Shown in pieces: positions 1-9,571 of a stretch of DNA of 64,000 bases. A program made the translations under genes and the position numbers. The stretch lies in assembly GCA_965203175.1 (NCBI GenBank), contig OZ241867.1:2848001-2912000 (forward strand), in the 5' to 3' direction. The notes below the pieces were generated by a model, which was not told the DNA's origin, searched no databases, and saw only the letters and a list, made by a program, of their open reading frames with translations. Within the stretch, counting starts at the first letter, position 1. The number at the start of each line of letters is the position of its first letter. The stretch is from Candidatus Latescibacterota bacterium. Lineage in GTDB: Bacteria; Latescibacterota; UBA2968; UBA8231.

Positions 1-193
1 GGTGTACTGCCTCGACGACCTGATCGACTGCATGGAGGGGCGGTTGGACGAGCCGAAAAATTCTGGGCGGCGGGTCGCTGTTGCGCTGGAAGTGGAACTG
101 GGGCTGAAACAGTCGTCAGCGCGGGGCGGCGAGCGCGTGGAATTGCCACTGGCCGACCGCAGCTTGGCGCTGACGTACGATTGGTTCCGCTAG
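1..193 (+). CDS. C-terminal fragment of a probable Gfo/Idh/MocA-family oxidoreductase (5' truncated)
   Basis: Open frame from the window edge to TAG 191-193. The tail 'DDLIDC...P.NSGRRVAVALEVELGLKQS..RGGERVELPL' resembles Gfo/Idh/MocA C-termini. Confidence 0.55.
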   Translation, partial: VYCLDDLIDCMEGRLDEPKNSGRRVAVALEVELGLKQSSARGGERVELPLADRSLALTYDWFR

Positions 194-206
194 AGGATAC
201 GAGCCG

Positions 207-935
207 ATGCGGGTATTGGTTACGGGCGCGGCTAGTGCATTGGGTCAAGAGGTAGCCGCTGCGCTGGCGGCGGATGAAAATGCGCAACTGCGGCTGCTAG
301 ACGACTGCGCGGCGCAGCGACAAGACGTCGAATGGATCGATGCTCGACTGACGGATCCAGACGCGGTACGGCAGGCGGTGTGGGATGTAGATGTTGTCGT
401 CCACACGGGTGAGCCGCCGCCCGCGCCCGAGAGCGAAGAGGCTCTGTTGGACCGAGCGACGCGCGGGACGCACGTGCTGTTGCAGACGGCGGTGGAGGCA
501 GGCGTTAAGCGGTTTGTGTATGGCAGCACTCTCGAAGTGTTTCGCGGATACCCCGACACGGTGTACGTCACTGAATATTACAAGCCATTGCCACCGACCG
601 AAATGACGGTGCTGGCGCGATATTTGGGCGAGATTACGTGCCGCGAATTTGCGCGCGAGTATCCCATCACGGTCACGGCGTTGCGCCTCGGCAAGCTGGT
701 GTGGGAAGAGGAGGTCGCCGGGCAAGAATGTGATTTGATGTGGGTCGATATTCGCGATGCAGCGCAGGCGTTTTGCGCGGCGTTGGCGCGGGACGCGAGC
801 GCGTCCCTAAATTGGGTGCCGCGCTGGGCTGTGTACCACATTGCCGCGCCCATTGCCCATCCCAAATTTTTGCTCGACCGAGCCAAGTCCATGGGCTATC
901 AGCCGCAGCGCGAGTTTCGAGGAGCCGACGCATGA
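207..935 (+). CDS. NAD-dependent epimerase/dehydratase (extended SDR) family protein with degenerate motifs
   Basis: N-terminal RVLVTGAASALG Rossmann-like start, DVVVH, 'GVKRFVYGST' and 'VDIRDAAQA'. GAGGA RBS upstream. Confidence 0.8.
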   Translation: MRVLVTGAASALGQEVAAALAADENAQLRLLDDCAAQRQDVEWIDARLTDPDAVRQAVWDVDVVVHTGEPPPAPESEEALLDRATRGTHVLLQTAVEAGVKRFVYGSTLEVFRGYPDTVYVTEYYKPLPPTEMTVLARYLGEITCREFAREYPITVTALRLGKLVWEEEVAGQECDLMWVDIRDAAQAFCAALARDASASLNWVPRWAVYHIAAPIAHPKFLLDRAKSMGYQPQREFRGADA

Positions 936-1651
936 AGAAAAAGGTGTTGCTGCTAGGGGCCTCGGGGATGATCGCTCCCGATCTGCTGCCCGGTCTCGAA
1001 GATACGTACGATGTGAAGCTGGCTGACGTTGCCCCGCACCCGGACGGCAAGCCCATATTGCATTGCGATGTGTCGTCGCGGGAGCAGGTGCGGGACGCGG
1101 CTGCGGGCATGGACGCGATTATGAATTTTTCAGTCGTGCGCGATCATCCCGAGCAGAGTTTTCACGTCAACATGCGCGGGGCGCTCAATGTGATGCAGGC
1201 CGCGGTTGAGCACGGGATCAAAAAGGTGATTCACTCCGGCCCGCAATTCGTCCGCAGCACGTATGACCACGACTTTGACATTGCGGACGTGCCGCCGGTT
1301 TTGACTACAGGTTATTACTGTTTGACGAAGGGCTTGGCGAGCGAGATTTGCCGGACGTATGCACGGGCGCATGACATTCAGACGATCAGCTTTTTGTTCA
1401 ATGGCTTGGGGCCGCGCCCGACGCAAAGTGCTGGAGATTTTCAGCCCTTTACGGTGGTGTGGGAGGATTTGCATCAGGCCTGTCGGCTGGCGCTGGAAAT
1501 TCCAGCAGTGCCGGACTGCTTTCAGGAGTTCAACTTGCTTAGCTGGGAGGGACACGGGAAGTACAATGTCGATAAAGCCCGGCGCATCTTGGGCTTTGAG
1601 CCGACGGAGCGTTGGGAGCGGTATTTTGCACGCAATGTAAATGACCACTAA
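932..1651 (+). CDS. NAD(P)-dependent oxidoreductase, uronate-dehydrogenase-like extended SDR
   Basis: ATG 932 overlaps the upstream TGA (ATGA). KKVLLLGASGMIA dinucleotide-binding motif and YCLTK (YxxxK). The ORF-track start at 740 is over-extended. Confidence 0.85.
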   Translation: MKKKVLLLGASGMIAPDLLPGLEDTYDVKLADVAPHPDGKPILHCDVSSREQVRDAAAGMDAIMNFSVVRDHPEQSFHVNMRGALNVMQAAVEHGIKKVIHSGPQFVRSTYDHDFDIADVPPVLTTGYYCLTKGLASEICRTYARAHDIQTISFLFNGLGPRPTQSAGDFQPFTVVWEDLHQACRLALEIPAVPDCFQEFNLLSWEGHGKYNVDKARRILGFEPTERWERYFARNVNDH

Positions 1652-1668
1652 AGACTAGGAGCTTTTCC

Positions 1669-2463
1669 ATGAGCGAAATTGTCGCGGATACAGCTCAAAT
1701 CCCCGAGTTTGAAGACCAACTCGACGCGCTCGATCGGCACGGCTTCCTATTGGTGCGCAACGCGCTGCCCGAGGACGTGGTGCTGGCCTGGCGGGAGTGC
1801 TTGGTGCGGAAGTACGAGCGGCGGGAATGGGACATTAGCAACGAAGTGGGCAATGTGGCTTTTGACCATTTGTTGGAGCAAGAACCTGAGTTGGCCCAGC
1901 CCATGGTCGGCCATCCCTCAGTGGCGCCGTATTTGCAGGCCATGCTCGGGCGGCAATGCCAGTTGCGGAGCTTTCGCGCGCACATCAATCCGGGGGCTTA
2001 TACCCAAGAGTGGCACAAGGATTTTGGCTATTATTGGGACGCGCCCGACGAGGCGCGGCACGCGCTGCGGCCACTGTGCATAAACACCACATTTTATCTG
2101 ACGGATAACGCGCCAGAGACCGGGCGCTTGACCTTCATCAATAACTTCTGCCACAACGCCCTGCCGGAAGAAATTCGCCACCTAGGCGGGTACAATTCCG
2201 ACAATCCCTTTTACCAGTGGTGCGAGCGGCAGGAGCACATCCATCTGCACCCCATGACCGGCGATGCAGTGGTGTTCTTCAGCCACATCCCGCACCAAGG
2301 TGCAAAGCTAAAGGAAGATGCCGACGCCCCTATCCGCGGCAACGTGGTGCTGCACTATCAGCAGACGCCGATGTTCCCGGGGATTCCCTTTGTCAGCTCG
2401 CCGCTGCCAGCCATTGCCGCGCTCGGGTACAATGGGACCTTTCCGTTTGCCGAGGGGCGCTAG
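1669..2463 (+). CDS. Phytanoyl-CoA dioxygenase (PhyH) family Fe(II)/2-oxoglutarate enzyme
   Basis: 'LDRHGFLLVRNAL', WHKD (HxD) and 'GDAVVFFSHIPH' distal His. AGGAG RBS. Confidence 0.85.
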   Translation: MSEIVADTAQIPEFEDQLDALDRHGFLLVRNALPEDVVLAWRECLVRKYERREWDISNEVGNVAFDHLLEQEPELAQPMVGHPSVAPYLQAMLGRQCQLRSFRAHINPGAYTQEWHKDFGYYWDAPDEARHALRPLCINTTFYLTDNAPETGRLTFINNFCHNALPEEIRHLGGYNSDNPFYQWCERQEHIHLHPMTGDAVVFFSHIPHQGAKLKEDADAPIRGNVVLHYQQTPMFPGIPFVSSPLPAIAALGYNGTFPFAEGR

Positions 2464-2489
2464 GGTTTTAACATCACAAGAAAAGGAGA

Positions 2490-3407
2490 ATGCTTATGCG
2501 TCACTTTACTCGCACACCCCATTACAGCGGGCCGGACGATCCCGAAATCGGCCAAGTGCGCGGCTCTTTGGAGCTCGGAGAAACCGTCATCATCGAGACC
2601 ACTGGCGGAGCGGACAACGACTTTGAAGCGGCCGGGGAGACCCGCGCTGGCATGATTACTTCCGGGGAGAGCCATCGCCGCTACGCCCGCCCCGGTGGTC
2701 CCTTTCTCATCGAGGACATTGGGCCGGACGATTGGGTGGCTATCGAGATTATTGATATCGAGGTCGGCCCCTACGGCTTCTATCGCAACGGCGGTCCCAA
2801 TTGGGGCAATTGGCGCTGCGTGGCGCCGGTGCGCGACGGACTGATTCACTTTCCGCCGGATTTTGTCGTGCCGGTGCGGCCCATGATCGGCGTCGTCCAG
2901 CTCGAATCGTGGGCACCCAATGCCATAGATCACGGCGGCAACATGGATTTCAATGCCATCCAGCCCGGCAGCACCGTCCACATCCGCGCGCAAAAGCCCG
3001 GAGGATTGCTCTCGCTGGGCGATGTCCACGCGCGCATGGGCGACGGCGAGTTGACCGGGGCTGGGGTCGAGATCGACTCGGCCATCACGCTCAAAGTGGA
3101 TCGCTCGCCCGGATTCCCCAACAGCAGTCCCGTGGTTGAGACCACTAGGGTTGTGGAAGACGCCGAGGAATATCTCACCAGTGCGCGTGCGGAAGAGTGG
3201 GGCGACGCGCTCAAAGCGGCGTGGCTCGAAATGGTGGCCCTGATTTGCGACCGCTACGACACCACGTACGAATACGCCAACATGATCGTCGGTACCATTG
3301 GGGACGCGCGTCCGGGCTTTGCCACTGGCTACATGGGCGGGTACGCGACCTGTCAGATCGCAGTGACCAAGAAGCTGCGGCGCACGGGTGAGCCGTACCA
3401 GCCCTAG
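2490..3407 (+). CDS. Acetamidase/formamidase family protein
   Basis: 'PVRPMIGVV', 'HGGNMDFNAI.PGSTVHI' and 'GGLLSLGDVHARMGDGELTGAGVE' signatures. AAGGAG RBS. Confidence 0.9.
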   Translation: MLMRHFTRTPHYSGPDDPEIGQVRGSLELGETVIIETTGGADNDFEAAGETRAGMITSGESHRRYARPGGPFLIEDIGPDDWVAIEIIDIEVGPYGFYRNGGPNWGNWRCVAPVRDGLIHFPPDFVVPVRPMIGVVQLESWAPNAIDHGGNMDFNAIQPGSTVHIRAQKPGGLLSLGDVHARMGDGELTGAGVEIDSAITLKVDRSPGFPNSSPVVETTRVVEDAEEYLTSARAEEWGDALKAAWLEMVALICDRYDTTYEYANMIVGTIGDARPGFATGYMGGYATCQIAVTKKLRRTGEPYQP

Positions 3408-3427
3408 GGCCAGAAGGGAAGGGCCGC

Positions 3428-4240
3428 ATGGCAACGTCATTGCAGGTAGAGCAATACCACGAGCAGGGGTATTTCATCGTCGACGACGCAGTCGCCCCGG
3501 ACATGCTAGCGGCTTTGGAGGTCGGCGCGCGGCGCGCGGTGGAAAAGGTGCGCTCCGGCGCGGTGGTGGCTACGGCCGAGCAGATCAGCACCGGCGGCCC
3601 GGGTGTGGAGCCGCGTAACATCTTGGGTTTGATCGCGCCCGAGTTTGGCGAGCCGATCTTTGCCGAATACCTCATGTCCGAGCCGGTGGAGACCTACGTG
3701 CGCGCCTTGGTGGGAAGTCCGTTGCGCTTGGGCTGGGTGGGGATGATTGTCCTACACGGCCCGACTGAATACGACACGGGTTGGCACCGCGACTTTGGCA
3801 AAGAGGAGCGCGACGGCAGTCGGGAGGTGGAACTGGAAATTCTGAGCCGCTACCGCAAGAATTTGGTCAAGTGGCACTTGGCCTTGGTGGACGACGCCTG
3901 TTTGTGGCTGGTGCCGGGCAGCCAGCGCCGCTACCGCACCGAGCAGGAGCGCGAAGTGCTGATCAACAATCGCAAGGGTGACGTGCCCAATGCACAACAA
4001 ATAGTGCTACAAAAGGGGCAGACTATTTTCTGGAACGGCAATACCATTCACCGGGGTCTCTTGTCCGCTGGCGCGACTGAGCGGCTGACCCTGACGGGTG
4101 CGTTAGTCAAGCACGAGGAAGATCAGCGCGAAGCCCTCGACGGGCGCTTCCGCTGGCAATTGGCCGACAATGTGCGGGCTGGGCTGTCCGCGCGGATGCA
4201 GGACTACTACGACCGCTGGCGTCGGGTGCAGGACGTTTAG
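3428..4240 (+). CDS. PhyH family dioxygenase
   Basis: 'QVEQYHEQGYFIV', GWHRD, 'CLWLVPGSQ' and 'GQTIFWNGNTIHRG'. Confidence 0.85.
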   Translation: MATSLQVEQYHEQGYFIVDDAVAPDMLAALEVGARRAVEKVRSGAVVATAEQISTGGPGVEPRNILGLIAPEFGEPIFAEYLMSEPVETYVRALVGSPLRLGWVGMIVLHGPTEYDTGWHRDFGKEERDGSREVELEILSRYRKNLVKWHLALVDDACLWLVPGSQRRYRTEQEREVLINNRKGDVPNAQQIVLQKGQTIFWNGNTIHRGLLSAGATERLTLTGALVKHEEDQREALDGRFRWQLADNVRAGLSARMQDYYDRWRRVQDV

Positions 4241-4257
4241 CGCCTATGCGTTAGATA

Positions 4258-5454
4258 CTAGACGGACGATAACCACTCATCGCCGGGCATGATACGCTGC
4301 ATGAATTGGTCGAACATGGGGACGGTGAACGCGGTATCGCCGTGACTTGGGCTCCAGATCATGCCTTTGTTGATTAGCTGGTTGCGAGTAGGAGCTAAAG
4401 AGCTTACTGGGCGGTTCAATGTATTGGCAATATCACCGGAGCGGTGAGGCCCTGCACCGAGTTGGGCCATCGCCCGCATATACCTTTTTTCCGCAGGCGT
4501 AAGCCTATCAAACCTGACCGAGAAGAAGCTTTGATCTAGAGCCGCTATGGCCTGTTGGGACGCGACTTCAACATTAGCCGCGGTGATGGGAGTGCGCTCG
4601 GCAACATCCCAGACATGCTTGCCCCATTCTTGCAGGAAGTAGGGATAGCATTGAGTTTGGGAAACAATGTCGTCGAGCGCGAGTGGTTCGATTGCTACTC
4701 CTTCGTCTTTTGCAGGCTTCGCAATTGCCCGCTTGGCATCTTCGGGCGATAGTGGTCCGATTGCGGGAAACTCAAAAAGCCGTTCGGCATAAGATTTTGC
4801 CTGCCCCATGCGACCGCGTACTTGGGGTAGGCCAGCGCCAAGCATGACCACGGGTAGTTTGCGCTGAGCCATTCGGTGCAAGGCGGTGATCAGTGCCGCT
4901 AGCTCAGTCTCTTTCACATATTGAAGTTCGTCGACAAATAGGGCCACACAGGTCGCATCCGCTTTGGCGGCAGCACCGACGACTTCAAACAAGGCCTGCA
5001 AGTCGATTTCTAAGTCCCCATTGTCTGCCAACCCAGACTCAGGCTCAAAGTCCAACCCGACCTCGATGTCCTGATACTTCACTTTTAGGGCCCCAACAAA
5101 TCCCGCGAGTCCCCTAAGTGCCCTTTGCGCTAGTTGCTTTGCTGCCTGCTTATTCGAGAGTCTCAACAGCGCCACACGCAGTTGAGGTACCAGCATGGCG
5201 GGAAGGGAACGGTTTTCAGGTGCTTCGATACGTAGGGCGTAGATGCCGCTTGCCTCGGCTTGTTCTCGCATGAGGTCCAATAGCACGGTTTTACCAACGC
5301 CGCGTAAGCCGACCATCAGCATACTCTTGGTGGGACGCCCTATTTTGGTCCGCTCCAATGCAATGCGTGCGGATTCGCGGATGTCATCGCGGCCGGCTAG
5401 CTCCGGCGGCGGGGTGCCCGCTCCAGGCGCGTATGGGTTGCGTATAGGGTCCAC
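4258..5454 (-). CDS. AAA+ (AAA_16/archaeal-ATPase-like) ATP-binding protein with a C-terminal winged-HTH
   Basis: 'NPYAPGAGTPPPELAGR', Walker A GLRGVGKT, Walker B LFVDELQ, 'YPYFLQ', and an HTH-like C-terminus 'RSGDIA..L...VSSLAPTRNQLINKGMIW'. GTG start. Confidence 0.9.
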   Translation of the reverse strand: MDPIRNPYAPGAGTPPPELAGRDDIRESARIALERTKIGRPTKSMLMVGLRGVGKTVLLDLMREQAEASGIYALRIEAPENRSLPAMLVPQLRVALLRLSNKQAAKQLAQRALRGLAGFVGALKVKYQDIEVGLDFEPESGLADNGDLEIDLQALFEVVGAAAKADATCVALFVDELQYVKETELAALITALHRMAQRKLPVVMLGAGLPQVRGRMGQAKSYAERLFEFPAIGPLSPEDAKRAIAKPAKDEGVAIEPLALDDIVSQTQCYPYFLQEWGKHVWDVAERTPITAANVEVASQQAIAALDQSFFSVRFDRLTPAEKRYMRAMAQLGAGPHRSGDIANTLNRPVSSLAPTRNQLINKGMIWSPSHGDTAFTVPMFDQFMQRIMPGDEWLSSV

Positions 5455-5545
5455 GAGGCAAAATTTATAGGATAATTATAAAATTTATAAAGTTTATGAG
5501 TAAAAGATAACTTAGCTAATTTCACTAGTTTTAGCAATTTGATTG
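5455..5545 (-). promoter_or_regulatory. AT-rich promoter/operator region of the AAA ATPase gene with ~10-bp-phased TTAT repeats
   Basis: aaatttatag/gataattata/aaatttataa/agtttatgag at 5461-5500, in an otherwise GC-rich window. Confidence 0.55.
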
Positions 5546-5600
5546 CCATCCCGGAAGGCTCAGATCACTGCGACGACCTTGGAGCATAGGGATCATCACG

Positions 5601-6836
5601 TCAGTCGGCGCGGAAGACGCCTTCCTTTTTGACGCGGTCGTGGACTTTGGCGAACTCGGCCGAGCCGTCGTCTTCCCAAATCGAGGAGCGGAAGCCGCGG
5701 TCAACGCCCTCCTGATGGCCGGTAATGCTGGTCGGGGAGATGTAGGACGGGCCGTAGTACGTGTGTCCGCCGGGCATCTGCAGGACGCCGACGTGGGTTG
5801 GACGCTCGACGAGCGATTGAGCCGCCACCCGAGCCAAGGCATCCTCATCGACTGTAAAGCCCAAGCCCGGTCCGTTGGGTACGGGGGAGGCTCCATCGAC
5901 GACGGGAATGGTTTCGGTGGTGTAGTCTTCGGCGTACTGGTCGTCGAGGTTGATCGAGTGAGCGGTGTGAGTCGGCAGCACCGAGGCCATGTGCATGGCC
6001 ATAGCCTTGCCCAGAGTACCTCCTTCAAATTGCAGCAGAACTTGCACATTGGCCCGGCCACAGGCCCAGCCGGCGGCCATGGTGTCTTCGAGCGTGCCGC
6101 CGATCATGTACATATCGGCGAGGCCGTAGATCAGTTCTTGGACTCCGCCCAAGGGCGTGCCGTGCATGATTAGCGGCAGACTGGTCTGCTGGCGCAGGCG
6201 CTTCCAGCCGTCGATGTCACTTTTGTCGAACGGGTCTTCGATGTAGCCGACGATGGGGAAGTTTCTTTCGAGTTCGGCGATGATCGGCAGGGCGCTGCCG
6301 AGGCTGCGGTTGTGGTTGAAGTCGTAGTGGATGCGGAAGCTCTCCGGGGCGACCTCTGTGGCCAGACGGGTTTGTTCGAAGACGTCGTGGTAGGTGCAGG
6401 TGTGGATTTTGAAGACGCGGTAGCCCTCGGCCGCGGCGCGTTTAATCTCGTCGCGGAAGATTTCTGGGGAGGCGGGTCGGGTCCAGGCGGCCACGGCGAT
6501 GGCGTTGCGCTTTTTCTGGCCGAGGAGTTTGTGAACGGGCAGGTCTAAGTGTTTGCCCATCGCGTCGTACAGGGCGCAGAGCAGGCCCGAGGGGACGGCG
6601 GAGCGATGGTCGTTGATGAAGTCAAAGGGGCTGAGGCCGACAAATTGGGCGACGGTGTCGCGGGACGGTTTGGCGTAGGGGCGCACTCGCATGTCGCCGT
6701 AGCCGGTGATGCCGGCGTCGGTGTGGACTTTGTACACGACGCGGCAGTCGATGCCGTAGAGATCGACGCGGCGCGCGGCGTAGCGGTTGGCCAGCTTGGG
6801 AAAGATGGGGATGACTTCGATATTGGTGATTTTCAT
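5601..6836 (-). CDS. Mandelate racemase/muconate-lactonising (enolase superfamily) enzyme, probable sugar-acid dehydratase
   Basis: 'KVHTDAGITGYGD', 'ALYDAMGKHLDLPVHKLLG', FKIH, YDFN, IEDP and 'VPNGPGLG'. Confidence 0.9.
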   Translation of the reverse strand: MKITNIEVIPIFPKLANRYAARRVDLYGIDCRVVYKVHTDAGITGYGDMRVRPYAKPSRDTVAQFVGLSPFDFINDHRSAVPSGLLCALYDAMGKHLDLPVHKLLGQKKRNAIAVAAWTRPASPEIFRDEIKRAAAEGYRVFKIHTCTYHDVFEQTRLATEVAPESFRIHYDFNHNRSLGSALPIIAELERNFPIVGYIEDPFDKSDIDGWKRLRQQTSLPLIMHGTPLGGVQELIYGLADMYMIGGTLEDTMAAGWACGRANVQVLLQFEGGTLGKAMAMHMASVLPTHTAHSINLDDQYAEDYTTETIPVVDGASPVPNGPGLGFTVDEDALARVAAQSLVERPTHVGVLQMPGGHTYYGPSYISPTSITGHQEGVDRGFRSSIWEDDGSAEFAKVHDRVKKEGVFRAD

Positions 6837-7019
6837 CTTGGAAGGCTCCTTGATGGACGGAGAAGGTGGTTGGCGGCCAAGTTACGGGAGGGGGAGAGGA
6901 GACGCAAGCGTTGAGTGTCGTTGGTTGGCCAGGTGGGATGCATCCATTCTTTTTGCACAAGTTGGTCCCTCAAACCATTTTATCAGCCCAAACGCAAGAC
7001 CACTTCAAAGGAGGAGACC

Positions 7020-9503
7020 ATGGGCACCTACACACCGCTGGACTTGAACTCGCTGTACAATGCCGGGTTGGACATCTTGGGAGGCCAAGGGCCGCTCGGC
7101 GCACAAAGCTTTCGCGGCTTGCCCTTTGCGCTCGGCAGCGATGCTGGGCGCTGTCTGATCGCTTGCAATGGAGAGCGGTCCGGTGTGGAAATACCGGTTG
7201 GTCGTCGGGTGACTTGGATGATTGTGGCGCATCGCCTGTTGGAATCGCGGATTGCCGAGAATGGGCCGCTGGCGACGCTGGTAGCTGAATACGCGCTGCA
7301 CTACGAGGACGGCGAGGTGCTCAAGGTGCCCGTGCGCGACCGCTTTGAAATTTCGACTGTGCCGTCGTCGTATGGTGGCACGCCGTTTGTGGCGGTGCCC
7401 GATACGAGCGATCAGCTCTTGCCGCGCACTGAAGGTCCGTGGGATATGGCCGGGCGTCGTCAGACTGAGGTCGATGGCGGGCGCGCGCAGAACTTCGTGC
7501 TCTGGGCGTGGCCGAATCCGCACCCAGACAAGGAGCTGGAGAAAATCGTCATCGAGGCCGCGGGCCCGGCCTTTGTCATCGGCGGGATCACCCTGAGCGA
7601 TTTGGACGAAGAGCCGATCTGCCGCGAGGGCACGCGCGAGGTCATTATCACTCTGCCGCAAGAGGAGGACGCGCGCGAGTCCGCTGCTCTTGAAGTAGAG
7701 GTTGATCGAGGCGTTGCGACCTATCCCTATCCATTGCCGGAGGCAACGGCCGAGGATTTTATCGATGGGCGCAAAGGCTGGGGTGAAGCCCAAAACGAGG
7801 GTAGCAGCCCTTCATACCTGGAAATTGCCGCCAATCCTTCGGCCACTGTGCAGGTTAAGCGAGACGGAGAAGTTTTGGGCGAGGCTAGCTGGGGGGAGGT
7901 GCGGCAGCAGGGCCGCGTAGAGGCTTCGCCGCGAGTGCAGATAGAAGTGGTGGAGCGCGGGCGCAACTGGGTGCACACTAAGGTCATTGACGACGCCACG
8001 GGAAAACCCGTGCCCTGCCGCGTCCACTTCCGCTCGCCGGAGGGCATTCCCTACGCTCCGCACGGCCACCACGCCCACGTCAACTCCAATATGGGGACTT
8101 GGCACTTCGACGTGGGCGGCGATGTGCGCTTGGGGCAGATCACGTATGCGTATATCGACGGCACCTGCCAAGGCTGGCTGCCGCGCGGCGAGGTGATCGT
8201 GGATGTGGCGCGAGGCTACGAATACGAGCCGCTGCGCACCAAAGTGGAGATCGAGCCCGGTCAGCGCACCTTGGAACTGCGATTGAAGCGCTGGCGGCAG
8301 ATGAATGAGGAAGGCTGGTACAGCGGCGACTCGCATGTGCATTTCCTGTCGGCGCAGGGCAGCCTCACCGAGGCGCAGGGCGAGGATTTGAACGTGGTCA
8401 ATTTGCTGCAATCGCAGTGGGGCGGGCTGTTTACCAATACCGAAGAATTTACCGGCGGCGAGATGGCCACGGACAATGGCGATTACATTGTCTATGTGTC
8501 CCAAGAAAACAGGCAGCACTTTTTGGGGCATTTGATCCTCATGGGACTAAAGGAACCGGTGATGCCGTGGTGTTCGGACGGTCCGGGCGAAGCCGAGTTG
8601 GGCGGGACGCTCGAAGTGCCCATGGCCGAGTGGGCCGACCGCTGCCGAGCGCAGGGCGGCAGTGTGGTGATCCCGCATTTGCCCAGCCCCAACGGCGAGC
8701 CAGCCGCCCTGATTGCCACCGGGCGAGCCGACGCCGTGGAGATGCTCCGACACGGCACGTACATGCACGGCGAGTACTACCGCTACCTCAATTGCGGCTA
8801 CAAGCTGCCGCTGGTTGGCGGTACGGATAAAATGAGTAGCGACGTGCCGGTGGGTATCTATCGCACCTACGTGCAGATCCCCAAGGACGAGCCATTCACC
8901 TACGACAACTGGTGCAAGTACATGGCTGCGGGCCGCACCTTCCACAGCGGCGGCCCGCTGATCCGCTTCAGCGTCGATGGCCACGAAGTGGGGGACACGG
9001 TGCAGTTACCGGGTAATGGCGGCACGGTGGAGGTGCTCGCCGAGGCCGAGTCGGTGGTGCCAATCCACACGTTGGAAGTGGTGCAGGAGGGGCGGGTGGT
9101 AGCCTCTGCGGAAGAGACTAAGGGAACGCGCAAGTTGAGCCTGAAGGCCGAGGTAAAAGTGGAAGGCCACTCGTGGCTAGCGGCGCGGTGCAGCGGGCCG
9201 GGCTACGAGCAGAGCGTGCCGCACTTTGATGGCTGGGGGCGGGGGATCATGGCGCACACCTCGCCGGTGTATCTGGCCTGCGGCGGCGAGTGGTGGATGT
9301 TCAACCAAGAGACGGCGCAGTACATGCTGACCTTAGTGGATGGCTCACTGCACTACATCCGCCACAACAGCCGTCTGCATTTGCGCGACGACATTACGCA
9401 CCACCACGGCGAGGAGGATCACCTCGCCTATCTGGAGCGGCCCTTCCTCCAAGCGCGGGAGGCGATCCATCGCCGGATGCACCAGTTGGGGGTGCCGCAC
9501 TAA
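7020..9503 (+). CDS. CehA/McbA-family (PHP-like) metallohydrolase
   Basis: ATG 7020 after an AAGGAGGAG RBS. 'GWYSGDSHVHF', 'SQENRQHFLGHL', 'IPH', 'YYRYLNCGYKLPLVGGTDKM' and 'AHTSPVY'. Confidence 0.85.
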   Translation: MGTYTPLDLNSLYNAGLDILGGQGPLGAQSFRGLPFALGSDAGRCLIACNGERSGVEIPVGRRVTWMIVAHRLLESRIAENGPLATLVAEYALHYEDGEVLKVPVRDRFEISTVPSSYGGTPFVAVPDTSDQLLPRTEGPWDMAGRRQTEVDGGRAQNFVLWAWPNPHPDKELEKIVIEAAGPAFVIGGITLSDLDEEPICREGTREVIITLPQEEDARESAALEVEVDRGVATYPYPLPEATAEDFIDGRKGWGEAQNEGSSPSYLEIAANPSATVQVKRDGEVLGEASWGEVRQQGRVEASPRVQIEVVERGRNWVHTKVIDDATGKPVPCRVHFRSPEGIPYAPHGHHAHVNSNMGTWHFDVGGDVRLGQITYAYIDGTCQGWLPRGEVIVDVARGYEYEPLRTKVEIEPGQRTLELRLKRWRQMNEEGWYSGDSHVHFLSAQGSLTEAQGEDLNVVNLLQSQWGGLFTNTEEFTGGEMATDNGDYIVYVSQENRQHFLGHLILMGLKEPVMPWCSDGPGEAELGGTLEVPMAEWADRCRAQGGSVVIPHLPSPNGEPAALIATGRADAVEMLRHGTYMHGEYYRYLNCGYKLPLVGGTDKMSSDVPVGIYRTYVQIPKDEPFTYDNWCKYMAAGRTFHSGGPLIRFSVDGHEVGDTVQLPGNGGTVEVLAEAESVVPIHTLEVVQEGRVVASAEETKGTRKLSLKAEVKVEGHSWLAARCSGPGYEQSVPHFDGWGRGIMAHTSPVYLACGGEWWMFNQETAQYMLTLVDGSLHYIRHNSRLHLRDDITHHHGEEDHLAYLERPFLQAREAIHRRMHQLGVPH

Positions 9504-9571
9504 AGTCGCCTTGATTGGGAATTTTGGTAAGGATATATTGAGCGGCCATTCACTGTAGAAAGGAAGCTGCG

